DNA of 64,000 bases from the NCBI GenBank assembly GCA_937952265.1, contig CALFYW010000016.1, positions 270,661 through 334,660 on the forward strand. Direction: 5' to 3'. Positions 1-9,334 of this stretch are shown here, in pieces. A model generated the notes under the pieces. It was given only the letters and a program-made list of their open reading frames with translations, made no database searches and had not been told where the DNA came from. A program made the position numbers and the translations under genes. Each line of letters starts with the position of its first letter. Position 1 is the stretch's first letter. Source of the DNA: an uncultured bacterium. GTDB lineage: Bacteria > Patescibacteriota > Minisyncoccia > Phycocordibacterales > GCA-2401445.

Positions 1-140
1 TTACTGATGGTCCATTTAAGGAGCTTGATGGAAAGGTTTCCGAAATCGACGAGGAACGTGGAAAGGTGAAAGTGTTGGTTTCTATGTTTGGGCGAGAGAC
101 GCCGGTGGAACTTGATTTCTTGCAAATTAAAAAGATTTAA
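1..140 (+). CDS. nusG: Transcription antiterminator NusG, C-terminal KOW fragment (5' end outside window)
   Basis: Frame 3 reads [45 protein letters not shown], the classic NusG KOW tail; lies directly upstream of rplK as in the conserved nusG-rplK arrangement. Confidence 0.8.
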   Translation, partial: TDGPFKELDGKVSEIDEERGKVKVLVSMFGRETPVELDFLQIKKI

Positions 141-158
141 GCTAGCGTAGGTATACTT

Positions 159-581
159 ATGGCAAAGGTTGTTGCAAAAAAATTAAAATTACAAATCCCA
201 GGAGGGCAAGCAAATCCTGCGCCTCCGGTGGGGCCAGCGCTTGGTCAGGCGGGGATTAATATTGGTGAGTTCGTTACTAAGTTTAACGAAGCAACCAAAG
301 AGATGCGAGGAGATATTGTTCCTGTTGAAATATCAGTTTACGATGACCGCTCTTTTGATTTTGTGCTTAAAACTTCACCCGCGTCACGGTTAATTCTTAA
401 GGCGATTGGAAAAGAAAAAGGTTCTGGAAAAAACACCATCAGCAAAATTGGGACTTTAAGCGAGGCACAGCTTCGAGAAATTGCAGAAAAGAAGATGGGT
501 GATCTTAATGCGGGGTCTCTTAAGGCGGCAATGAATATTATTGCAGGCACTGCCCGTTCAATGGGAGTTGAGGTAAAATAA
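159..581 (+). CDS. rplK: 50S ribosomal protein L11
   Basis: 140 aa; [35 protein letters not shown]... matches the L11 N-terminal signature. Confidence 0.95.
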   Translation: MAKVVAKKLKLQIPGGQANPAPPVGPALGQAGINIGEFVTKFNEATKEMRGDIVPVEISVYDDRSFDFVLKTSPASRLILKAIGKEKGSGKNTISKIGTLSEAQLREIAEKKMGDLNAGSLKAAMNIIAGTARSMGVEVK

Positions 582-609
582 CAATAAGTATTATTTTTTT
601 ACCCCCTCA

Positions 610-1155
610 TTATTTGGATGTCGTATTTGAGCGTACGAGCTCAATCCATGTGTATTCAACCCCCGTTTTTGGGTCAGTGTGTGCTTCACGGAAAATTTCT
701 TTGCTCAATATCTGGTTCCACTCGGGAAAAAATACGTCTCCTTTTAGATCGCTTCTAACCAGCGTAAGGTAGAGTTTGTCCGCATAGGGAAGTGCTTGCG
801 CGTAAATTTCTCCTCCGCCAATAATAAATATTTCATTTTTTTGGTTTTCTGGGGTTTGCGCTCGGTCGCGGATATACGCCCTTCCAAGATCCAAGGCTTC
901 TTTAAGAGAGGGAGCTTTCACCACATCCTTTTCTTTCCATTCGGTATTTTTTGTGACCACGATATTTAAACGATTCGGGAGCGCTTTTCCGATAGAATCA
1001 AAGGTTTTTCTACCCATAATAATTGGGTTTCCGGTAGTGATTTTTTTGAATCGCTTAAGATCCTCGGGTAAGTGCCACAGTAGGGTGTTCTTGTATCCAA
1101 GCGCTCGGGTCTTTTCTGAGATCGCGGCAATAATACTTATGGTGGGTTGGTGCAT
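610..1155 (-). CDS. folA: Dihydrofolate reductase
   Basis: Translation contains ISIIAAISEKTRALGYKNTLLWHLPEDLKRFKKITTGNPIIMGRKTFDSIG, the DHFR motifs. The ORF runs to 1299, but the DHFR-like start is MHQPTISIIAA, so the upstream extension is probably not translated. Confidence 0.8.
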   Translation of the reverse strand: MHQPTISIIAAISEKTRALGYKNTLLWHLPEDLKRFKKITTGNPIIMGRKTFDSIGKALPNRLNIVVTKNTEWKEKDVVKAPSLKEALDLGRAYIRDRAQTPENQKNEIFIIGGGEIYAQALPYADKLYLTLVRSDLKGDVFFPEWNQILSKEIFREAHTDPKTGVEYTWIELVRSNTTSK

Positions 1156-1235
1156 GTTATGTACATTAGCACAGGTTTTGACCCCTTTCATGTGCGGTAT
1201 GCAGTTTAAGGGTATTTTTGTTATACTGCCTGTTA

Positions 1236-1919
1236 ATGAAGCATCGATATGAGGTGGAAATAAAGAGCTTGTTGGGTTCAAAAGAAAACGCCGATTCACT
1301 CAAAGCGAAACTCAAAGCGCATGACCCAAATTTGGTTGCCCGCGGCGCGCATACTCAGAAAAATCATTATTTTGAAATACCTGAGGATTTCTCGGGGATA
1401 TATCATGCGGTTTCTCCACTTCTCTCTCAAAGCAATAAAAAAGAGCTTCAAAGAATTATCGCCTCCCATGTTGGGAGTGTCTCAATTCGTACTCGAGATG
1501 CCGATGGTAAGGTTTTCTTTATCTTGAAAGCCTCGGTGGGGGATGATACGAGTGCGAACGGAGTATCACGCATTGAATTTGAAGCCCTGGTACATGAGAG
1601 TCTTGATGAGCTTGATGCGCGATTGTTACGTGCTGGAGCGGTGTACCAAGCTAAATGGTCTCGAGCACGGGAAGAGTATCAGAGTAGTGATGTTTCAATT
1701 ACTATTGATAAGAACGCGGGGTACGGATTCTTGGCCGAGTTTGAACAGGTGGTTGAGGACGAGAAACTTATTCATGATTCGCGAAAGGCGCTTCTCGCGC
1801 TTATGCAAGAACTCCGTATTGAAGAGCTTCCCCAGGATCGGCTCGAGCGCATGTTTGCGTACTATAATAAACACTGGCCTGATTATTACGGTACCGATAA
1901 GACATTTATCATAGAATAA
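1236..1919 (+). CDS. CYTH-domain (triphosphate tunnel metalloenzyme-like) protein
   Basis: N-terminus MKHRYEVEIKSLLG resembles the CYTH ExExK start; ORF opens at 1218; no closer assignment possible. Confidence 0.45.
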   Translation: MKHRYEVEIKSLLGSKENADSLKAKLKAHDPNLVARGAHTQKNHYFEIPEDFSGIYHAVSPLLSQSNKKELQRIIASHVGSVSIRTRDADGKVFFILKASVGDDTSANGVSRIEFEALVHESLDELDARLLRAGAVYQAKWSRAREEYQSSDVSITIDKNAGYGFLAEFEQVVEDEKLIHDSRKALLALMQELRIEELPQDRLERMFAYYNKHWPDYYGTDKTFIIE

Positions 1920-1920
1920 T

Positions 1921-2487
1921 ATGTTTTTATCCGATCAAGACATTAAAGAGGCAGTTCAAAAAAAGGAGATAACTATTCGTCCGTTTGTATTAGACCGACT
2001 TCAGCCCGCAAGTTATGACATTACACTCGGCAACTTATTCATTGTGAACGATGCGCACACCTCAGCATTTATCGATCCTCTCAATAATGTATTTCCTAAA
2101 ACTCGGGAAGTGAAAGTAAAAGATGGTGATGGTTTTGTGCTTCATCCGGGAGTAAGCCTATTAGGTTATTCGAAAGAGTATTTTGGGTCGGATAATTATC
2201 TTATCGAGGTAAATGGGAAGAGCTCACTTGCCCGTATTGGGCTCTTGGTACACAATTCCGCGGCATTAATTAATCCGGGACATTTCCTTAATGTGGCACT
2301 TGAATTATGCAATTTAAATAACGTTCCAATTATTCTTCGTCCGGGCATGTCGATCGCACAACTCACTTTTTCTACGATTTCAAGTGCGACTACTCAAAAT
2401 TATCGAAATACAGGGCGATACTCAAAAAATAATATCGTTGGGTATATTCCGCCTAAAGGCAAAAACAAAACAAAGCGTAAAAAATAA
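1921..2487 (+). CDS. dcd: dCTP deaminase (possibly bifunctional dCTP deaminase/dUTPase)
   Basis: 188 aa; MFLSDQDIKEAVQKKEITIRPF...SYDITLG...HPG matches the Dcd family. Confidence 0.8.
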   Translation: MFLSDQDIKEAVQKKEITIRPFVLDRLQPASYDITLGNLFIVNDAHTSAFIDPLNNVFPKTREVKVKDGDGFVLHPGVSLLGYSKEYFGSDNYLIEVNGKSSLARIGLLVHNSAALINPGHFLNVALELCNLNNVPIILRPGMSIAQLTFSTISSATTQNYRNTGRYSKNNIVGYIPPKGKNKTKRKK

Positions 2488-2488
2488 T

Positions 2489-3463
2489 ATGGAAAAAAAT
2501 CGCACACATCCTGAATACCAATATCTTGACCTACTCCAAGATATTCTTACATCCGGTACCTATAAAAAAGACCATAATACCGGGAATGGGCTTTTAAGTG
2601 TTTTTGGGAGGCAAATTCGATTCGATCTTTCTCAGGGATTTCCGCTACTGACGAGTAAGAAAGTTGCGTGGAAAAGTATTCTTCATGAGCTGTATTGGTT
2701 TATGTCGGGGCAGACAAACATTAAATATTTAGTGGATCACCACGTTCCGATTTGGAATGATTATCCATATAAAATCTATGCAAAGAAAGCAGATAAAGAA
2801 GGGTTGCCAGTGCTTACCCTCGATGAATTTTCTCTACGCATCAAAGAAGATGAGGATTTTGCGAAAGCGCATGGAGAACTCCCTCGTATTTATGGCGAGC
2901 AGTGGCGCGCGTGGCCTGCGTCTGATGGCCGAACGATCGATCAGCTCGCATGGGTCATCAATACTCTTAAAGATTTTCCTGAACGTAAACACGCGATTCT
3001 TTCAGCATGGAATCCTCAATTTCTCTACGCGATGGCCCGACCCGGAGAAGCACTTTCATTCCCGCTCTGCCATATCCTTTTTCATTTTAATGTTAATGTA
3101 GAGAAGCATACGCTTTCATGCTTGCTTTATCAGCGGAGCGCGGATATGTTTTTAGGAGTTCCATTTAATATCGCAAGTTACGCCGCGCTTACCATGATTG
3201 TGGCAAAAATATGTGGATATAAACCAGGAGAATTTATCCATACCTTTGGAGACGCGCATATCTACGAGAACCATCTTTCACAGGTAAAAGAACAGCTCAC
3301 TCGCACACCCAAACCATTTCCAAGGCTTTCAATTGATGATCGTGTGGTAAGCCTTGAGACCTTCTCTCCCGAGCTCGTCTCCCTTATTGGCTATGAATCC
3401 CATCCTCGACTCAAAGGAGAGATGACGGTTGCGGGTGGTTTTGATGAAAAAGATAGAAAATAA
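2489..3463 (+). CDS. thyA: Thymidylate synthase ThyA
   Basis: Catalytic FPLCH motif and PFNIASYAALTMIVAKICGYKPGEFIHTFGDAHIYENH. The ORF opens at 2384, but MEKNRTHPEYQYLDLL at 2489 is the ThyA-like start. Confidence 0.9.
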   Translation: MEKNRTHPEYQYLDLLQDILTSGTYKKDHNTGNGLLSVFGRQIRFDLSQGFPLLTSKKVAWKSILHELYWFMSGQTNIKYLVDHHVPIWNDYPYKIYAKKADKEGLPVLTLDEFSLRIKEDEDFAKAHGELPRIYGEQWRAWPASDGRTIDQLAWVINTLKDFPERKHAILSAWNPQFLYAMARPGEALSFPLCHILFHFNVNVEKHTLSCLLYQRSADMFLGVPFNIASYAALTMIVAKICGYKPGEFIHTFGDAHIYENHLSQVKEQLTRTPKPFPRLSIDDRVVSLETFSPELVSLIGYESHPRLKGEMTVAGGFDEKDRK

Positions 3464-3473
3464 AACAGGGGTT

Positions 3474-5171
3474 ATGATAAAAGATATGGATACGCTACAT
3501 ACTCTTGAGTCATTGGTGCGTGATGCACTACGTACCTTTCCTGATCTAATGGATGTTCCAATTACATTTGAGCACCCTGCTGACTTGTTGCACGGTGATT
3601 TTTCAACGAATGTGGCGATGGTATACGCAAAAAAGATAGGAAAGAAACCCCGTGATTTTGCCGAATATATTGTTGAGAAAATCCAACAAAGGAAGCCTGA
3701 ACTGCTTGAGCGGGTGGTGATTGCTGGCCCTGGATTTGTTAATTTTTATCTTTCGTCCCTCTATTTTAAAAATACCATTGGCGATATTTTAGAGAAAAAG
3801 GAAACATACGGAGAAAATAGTTTACGAAAAGGGGTTCGTGTGCTTATTGAATATACCGATCCTAATCCATTTAAAGAATTTCATATTGGTCACTTAATGC
3901 CCAATATCATCGGGGAATCAATCGGAGCCCTGTTAGAAGCTACCGGCGCAAAGGTAATTCGGGCAAGCTATCAAGGAGATATTGGGCCACATGTCGCAAA
4001 GGCGTTATGGGGATACCGAGCACTTTCAGGTGATAGTGAAGTACGTTGGAATGGTGCCTATGCGCATGGCGCAACCGCGTATGAGAAAGATCCGAAGGTA
4101 AAGGAAGAAATTGATATACTCAATAAAAAATTATATGAAAAAAGCGATCCAGAATTGATGGAGTTGTATGAAGAGGGAAAGAAGCGCTCACTTCTCGCGT
4201 TTGAAAAAATGTATGTTCGCCTCGGCACATCTTTTGATCATTATTTTTTTGAAAGCGAGGTGGCGGACGACGGGATTTCGATTGTTCGAGAATTTCTTAA
4301 AAAAGGAGTATTTGAAGAGAGCGATGGAGCGGTTGTGTTTCGTGGGGATAAATACGGATTGCATACCCGTGTGTTCTTAACTGCCCGAGGACTTCCGACG
4401 TATGAGGCCAAAGAATTAGGGCTTACGAAAAAGAAATTTGATCGAGAGAACCCAGATCTTTCCATTGTTATTACCGCGAATGAGCAGGATGAATATTTCA
4501 AGGTTATTCTTCAGGCGTTAAAGGAGATCTATCCGTATATCGCAGAAAAAACAGTGCATATTTCCCACGGTATGATGCGGCTTTCAAGTGGAAAAATGGG
4601 TTCACGAACGGGTAATGTGATTCGCGCGGCATCATTACTTGATGCCATTGAAAAATTAGTACATGAGAAAATTTCATCGAACACCTTTTCAGCGACTGAA
4701 AAAAGTGAAATTAAATCTTTAGTTGCGGTTGGGGCGGTAAAGTACGCAATTCTGCGACAGGCAATTGGAGGAAATATTGTGTATGACGCAATGAAATCAA
4801 TTTCTTTTGAAGGAGACTCTGGCCCTTATTTGCAGTATACCATCATACGAATGCGCTCATTATTAGAAAAAGGAAAGAGCGAAGAAATCCTTCCTTCACC
4901 CCTTGAGACAAAGGATATTTCTGATGTTGAAAGACTGTTGGTTCGATTTCCTGAAGTGGTGCTTAAAGCTGGTAGCGAACTTGCTCCACACCGAATCGTG
5001 TCCTATCTTATCCAGCTTGCGGGGGCGTTTAATAGCTACTACGCAGCACACCGTATTGTTGACAAAGAAGATGCATTTTCTTCGCATCGTTTGGCGCTCA
5101 CTCAAGCAAGCGAGATAGTTTTAACTCGAGGTTTGCGAATACTTGCGATTCCGATTCCTTCAAAAATGTAG
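3474..5171 (+). CDS. argS: Arginine--tRNA ligase
   Basis: HIGH motif (FHIGHLMPNIIG), Arg-tRNA synthetase N-terminal region and a C-terminal DALR anticodon-binding end; start moved past the thyA stop. Confidence 0.9.
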   Translation: MIKDMDTLHTLESLVRDALRTFPDLMDVPITFEHPADLLHGDFSTNVAMVYAKKIGKKPRDFAEYIVEKIQQRKPELLERVVIAGPGFVNFYLSSLYFKNTIGDILEKKETYGENSLRKGVRVLIEYTDPNPFKEFHIGHLMPNIIGESIGALLEATGAKVIRASYQGDIGPHVAKALWGYRALSGDSEVRWNGAYAHGATAYEKDPKVKEEIDILNKKLYEKSDPELMELYEEGKKRSLLAFEKMYVRLGTSFDHYFFESEVADDGISIVREFLKKGVFEESDGAVVFRGDKYGLHTRVFLTARGLPTYEAKELGLTKKKFDRENPDLSIVITANEQDEYFKVILQALKEIYPYIAEKTVHISHGMMRLSSGKMGSRTGNVIRAASLLDAIEKLVHEKISSNTFSATEKSEIKSLVAVGAVKYAILRQAIGGNIVYDAMKSISFEGDSGPYLQYTIIRMRSLLEKGKSEEILPSPLETKDISDVERLLVRFPEVVLKAGSELAPHRIVSYLIQLAGAFNSYYAAHRIVDKEDAFSSHRLALTQASEIVLTRGLRILAIPIPSKM

Positions 5172-5209
5172 TTTTAGGGTTCTTTTTCGAGGAAGGTAAA
5201 AGTGCTACA

Positions 5210-8200
5210 ATGCCTCTCATGGAACCGGAAAAGCCGCTGACACTTAAAGAAAAAGAGGAAGAGACTGCTCTTTTTTGGAAAAAAGAAAATATTTTCTCTC
5301 AATCAATTTCACGACCTGCGCCGCAAGGCGATTTTGTATTTTATGATGGCCCTCCATTTGCCACAGGAGTACCACATTATGGGCATGTAGTACCAGGTAC
5401 CATTAAAGACATTATTCCTCGATTTCGAACCATGCAAGGGTTTCGGGTGGCCCGTACTTGGGGTTGGGATTGCCACGGACTTCCGGTTGAAAATATTGTT
5501 GAAAAAGAACTTGGTTTAAATAGTAAAAAAGATATTGAGGCACACGGTATTGCTTCATTCAATGAACGTTCTCGAAAGGTGGTAATGCGTCATGCTTCTG
5601 ATTGGCGGGATATTATCCCCCGTCTTGGAAGGTGGGTAGATATGGATAATGATTATCAGACACTTGATGCGAGTTATACCGAGAGTGTGTGGTGGGTATT
5701 TAAATCTCTTCATGAAAGAGGTTTGATCTATGAAGGGTTTCGGTCTATGCATCTTTGTCCCCGATGCGAGACCACCCTTTCAAATTTTGAGGTTAATTTA
5801 GGTTATCGAGACATCACCGATCAATCAGTGTTTACCCTTTTTCCTCGTACCGGAAAGCAGGGGAGCTTTCTCGTGTGGACCACGACCCCGTGGACACTAC
5901 CCGGAAATACTGCATTAGCGGTAAACCCTGATTTTACCTATGTTCTTGTGGATCAGGTTAAATCCCAAGATGGAGTTGCCTCTTTTGAAGAGCCTATTAT
6001 CCTTGCGAAAGAGCGGATAGAAGACGTGCTTCATGGTTATACGTATCGTATTATTGAGGAATTTTCAGGGGATACATTAGTGGGCGATCACTACGAACCT
6101 CCTTTTTCATACGCTAAAGATCCTACACTTGAAGGTTATGAATCAGGATGGAGAGTGTATCCCGCATCTTTCGTGACTCAAGAGAGCGGCACAGGGATTG
6201 TACATATTGCCCCAGCATTTGGAGAAGACGATTACACACTTTCAAGAAAATACAAACTCCCATTTATTCAGCATGTAAATCGTCAGGGAAGATTTGTTGC
6301 TGGTATGGACGCGCTAAGCGGACTCAAGGTTAAACCAAAAGGAGACCATACCGAAACAGACCAGAAGATTATAACCTTACTTAAAGAAAAAAAATCTCTT
6401 TTTGGAGTACGAGAGATTACGCATGCGTACCCCTTTTGTTGGCGGTGTGAGACGCCACTGCTCAATTACGCGACATCATCATGGTTTGTGAATATTCAAA
6501 AAATTAAACAAAGAATGCTCCATGAGAATGAACAGGTGTCATGGGTTCCGTCCAGTGTTGGCACTGGACGTTTCAAAAACAGTATTAGTGATGCGCCTGA
6601 CTGGGCAATTTCTCGATCTCGATTCTGGGGGGCACCGATGCCGGTATGGAAGAATGTAGCTACGGGGAAGCAGGTTATCATTGGATCTTTTGATGAATTA
6701 AAAAAGTACACTAAAAAATCAGGAAATAACTATCTGGTAATGCGGCATGGAGAATCGGAGAGTAATATTAATGGAGTAGTGAGCTCGGATGTTTCGAATG
6801 AACATCATCTCACCGAAAAAGGGAAACAAGAGGCCGTAGAAAGTGCACAGTCTTTAAAAAATGCTTCAATCGACCTCGTCATTGCTTCAGACTTAGTTCG
6901 TACTAAAGAAACCGCTTATGTGGTTGCTCGTGAACTAGGTTTACCTCAAGAAAAAGTGCTATTTGATTCTCGCATCAGAGAAATTCAAACGGGAATCTTT
7001 AACGGAAAACCGATTGAAGATTACCAGAACTATTTTTCTTCGATTGAGGAAAAGTACCACAAGCAGCCCAATGGAGGAGAAAGTGTAAGTGATATGCGAA
7101 AACGCGTTGGGGCATTCCTGTATGAGCTTGAAGAAAAATATCATGAAAAAAATATTTTGATCGTCACTCATGAGTACGGGGTTTGGCTTATCGAGGCAGT
7201 GTCAAAGGGGTATAACGAAAAAGAAACTATTGCGCTAAAAAAAGACCGTGATGATTTTGTTAAGACTGGCGAAGTACGAAAGTTTGATTTTACTCCATTA
7301 CCACACAATACTTTTTTTGAGCGGGACCTACATCGACCTTATATTGACACCGTGAAGCTCATGGATAAGGACGGTACGGCGCTTGAGCGTATTCCGGACG
7401 TATTTGATTGTTGGTTTGAATCCGGATCTATGCCGTATGGCATGCATCATTATCCCTTTAAAAAGAATAGCTCATTTAATCCTCATGCAGGGTGGTTTCG
7501 CAAATCGAGGGGGTTTCCGGCGGATTTTATTGCCGAAGGACTGGATCAAACTCGGGGCTGGTTTTATTCGCTCATGGCCATTTCAGTTGGTTTGTTTAAG
7601 AAGGCACCGTATCAACATGTGGTTACCAACGGGCTCGTATTGGCGGAGGATGGTCGGAAAATGTCAAAGAGCCTCAAGAATTATCCCGATTTAATGGGAG
7701 TGGTTGATCGATACGGTGCTGATGCGCTTCGGTATTACCTTATGGCATCTCCTATCGTGCGCGGTGAGGATCTTTGTTTTTCAGAGAAGGGAGTTGATGA
7801 GGTTATGAAAAAACTTATTATCCGTTTGGATAATGTAGTTTCATTTTACGCATTGTATCAAAAGGATACTCCTCCGCACCATAAAAGCAGCTCGCCTCTT
7901 GATCAGTGGATTTTAAATCGTCTGTATGCGCTGACATCTCTCATTACTCGTTCATTTGAGGCGTATGAGATTGATCGAGGGGTACGCCCGATTAGCGATT
8001 TTATCGATGATCTTTCAACCTGGTATATCCGCAGGTCGCGCAATCGTTTTAAAGAAGAAGGGAGTGATAAAGAAAACGCCGAGGCAACACTTCGTTTTGT
8101 GCTCCATTATTTTTCTCGCCTGATTGCTCCGGTAATGCCTTTCTTGGCAGAGCGAACTTATCAGGCGGTACGGACTTCGGAGGACGAGGTGAGCGTCCAC

Positions 8201-8725
8201 CTTACTTCGTGGCCTAAAGAGAGAGCGTATGATGAAGGGCTACTTAATCATATGGCGATGGTTCGCGAAATCACCTCTCTTGGTCTGCTCGCTCGCGCGC
8301 GCGCAGAAATTAAGATTCGGCAACCACTCCGTGCGTTATTTGTCCCGGAAAAATATCGAGTATTACCTAAAACACTCCTTTCGTTAGTTGCGGAAGAACT
8401 TAATATTAAAGAAATTGAACCCGCGCCTCATCCCGGGACTGAGGTAACCATTGACACGCATATCACGCAGGAGCTTCGAGAGGAGGGTGCTGTCCGTGAA
8501 CTTATACGAAGTATTCAGGATTTTCGTAAACAATCAGGGTTAACACCCAAAGATTTTCCGCGACTTATGGTAAGTAGTAAAAGTCGTGGACAAACACTGT
8601 TTGAAAAAAATAAGAATGAAATTAAGGAGGCAACTCATGTTCGAGAACTCCATTTTAAACAAATGACTGAGGGTAAGAAGATTGTTGTTGAGAATGAAGA
8701 ATTCATCATTGCGTTTGAGGAGTAG
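5210..8725 (+). CDS. ileS: Isoleucine--tRNA ligase (type 2) carrying an inserted histidine-phosphatase domain
   Basis: PPFATGVPHYGH (HIGH) and KMSKSLKNYPD (KMSKS); WAISRSRFWGAPMPVW and RIPDVFDCWFESGSMPYG are the eukaryote/archaeal-type IleS blocks. An RHG-motif phosphatase domain (about 200 aa) sits between them at about 6707-7330. Confidence 0.9.
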   Translation: MPLMEPEKPLTLKEKEEETALFWKKENIFSQSISRPAPQGDFVFYDGPPFATGVPHYGHVVPGTIKDIIPRFRTMQGFRVARTWGWDCHGLPVENIVEKELGLNSKKDIEAHGIASFNERSRKVVMRHASDWRDIIPRLGRWVDMDNDYQTLDASYTESVWWVFKSLHERGLIYEGFRSMHLCPRCETTLSNFEVNLGYRDITDQSVFTLFPRTGKQGSFLVWTTTPWTLPGNTALAVNPDFTYVLVDQVKSQDGVASFEEPIILAKERIEDVLHGYTYRIIEEFSGDTLVGDHYEPPFSYAKDPTLEGYESGWRVYPASFVTQESGTGIVHIAPAFGEDDYTLSRKYKLPFIQHVNRQGRFVAGMDALSGLKVKPKGDHTETDQKIITLLKEKKSLFGVREITHAYPFCWRCETPLLNYATSSWFVNIQKIKQRMLHENEQVSWVPSSVGTGRFKNSISDAPDWAISRSRFWGAPMPVWKNVATGKQVIIGSFDELKKYTKKSGNNYLVMRHGESESNINGVVSSDVSNEHHLTEKGKQEAVESAQSLKNASIDLVIASDLVRTKETAYVVARELGLPQEKVLFDSRIREIQTGIFNGKPIEDYQNYFSSIEEKYHKQPNGGESVSDMRKRVGAFLYELEEKYHEKNILIVTHEYGVWLIEAVSKGYNEKETIALKKDRDDFVKTGEVRKFDFTPLPHNTFFERDLHRPYIDTVKLMDKDGTALERIPDVFDCWFESGSMPYGMHHYPFKKNSSFNPHAGWFRKSRGFPADFIAEGLDQTRGWFYSLMAISVGLFKKAPYQHVVTNGLVLAEDGRKMSKSLKNYPDLMGVVDRYGADALRYYLMASPIVRGEDLCFSEKGVDEVMKKLIIRLDNVVSFYALYQKDTPPHHKSSSPLDQWILNRLYALTSLITRSFEAYEIDRGVRPISDFIDDLSTWYIRRSRNRFKEEGSDKENAEATLRFVLHYFSRLIAPVMPFLAERTYQAVRTSEDEVSVHLTSWPKERAYDEGLLNHMAMVREITSLGLLARARAEIKIRQPLRALFVPEKYRVLPKTLLSLVAEELNIKEIEPAPHPGTEVTIDTHITQELREEGAVRELIRSIQDFRKQSGLTPKDFPRLMVSSKSRGQTLFEKNKNEIKEATHVRELHFKQMTEGKKIVVENEEFIIAFEE

Positions 8726-8733
8726 GGTGTTAT

Positions 8734-9321
8734 ATGTCGTATCATATTTACACTACTGACGCCTTGATACTCAAAACAGCTCCGGCAGGAGAACGTGATC
8801 TTTCTCTTTTGGTGTTTACGAAAGATTTTGGAATGCTTTCTGTTCGGGCGCGTGGAATTCGGATGATGCAATCAAGATTACGTGCGACGCTTCAAGAACT
8901 CTCTTTTGTACGTCTTTCTTTGGTTCGAGGAAAAGGGGTGTGGCGCGTTACGAGTGCGCAGTTGGTGGATGCTTTCTTTCGAAAGGTACTAAGGCGTTCA
9001 GATATCCAGAAGGTTTTTGGGAATATTGTTTCTTTGTTGCATCGCTTGTCGCCAGAAGCTGAAGAAAATCATACTTTGTATATCGTATTACACCATGGGA
9101 TACACCAGTTGTGCAGTGTGCCAGAAGATCGATTGGTGTTTGTTGAGTATATTACGGTGCTTCGAATGTTGCGCTGTCTCGGATATGTGGGAGATACAAA
9201 GACACTCCAAAGGGTATATGGTAGTATGCCCATTGATCAGGAGGTGCTTCAGGAGGTAGAGAATAAAAAACAGCTGATTATTCAGACCATCAATGAGTCT
9301 CTGGCTGCAACTCAATTGTGA
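8734..9321 (+). CDS. recO: DNA repair protein RecO (short form)
   Basis: MSYHIYTTDALILKTAPAGERDLSLLVFTKDFGMLSVRARG resembles the RecO N-terminal OB fold; 195 aa. Confidence 0.75.
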   Translation: MSYHIYTTDALILKTAPAGERDLSLLVFTKDFGMLSVRARGIRMMQSRLRATLQELSFVRLSLVRGKGVWRVTSAQLVDAFFRKVLRRSDIQKVFGNIVSLLHRLSPEAEENHTLYIVLHHGIHQLCSVPEDRLVFVEYITVLRMLRCLGYVGDTKTLQRVYGSMPIDQEVLQEVENKKQLIIQTINESLAATQL

Positions 9322-9334
9322 TATACTAACCCTT

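Noticed and set aside
338-550. Antisense or alternate-frame ORFs embedded in well-supported genes (for example 338-550, 953-1252, 1321-1527, 4168-4380, 5377-5752, 26536-26880, 29161-29567, 56357-56919 and many others in the track)
   Set aside because: They overlap genes with clear family signatures on the other strand or frame, are short, lack start context and have low-complexity translations; the in-gene ones within the 1203-aa protein are T/S/G-codon artefacts.
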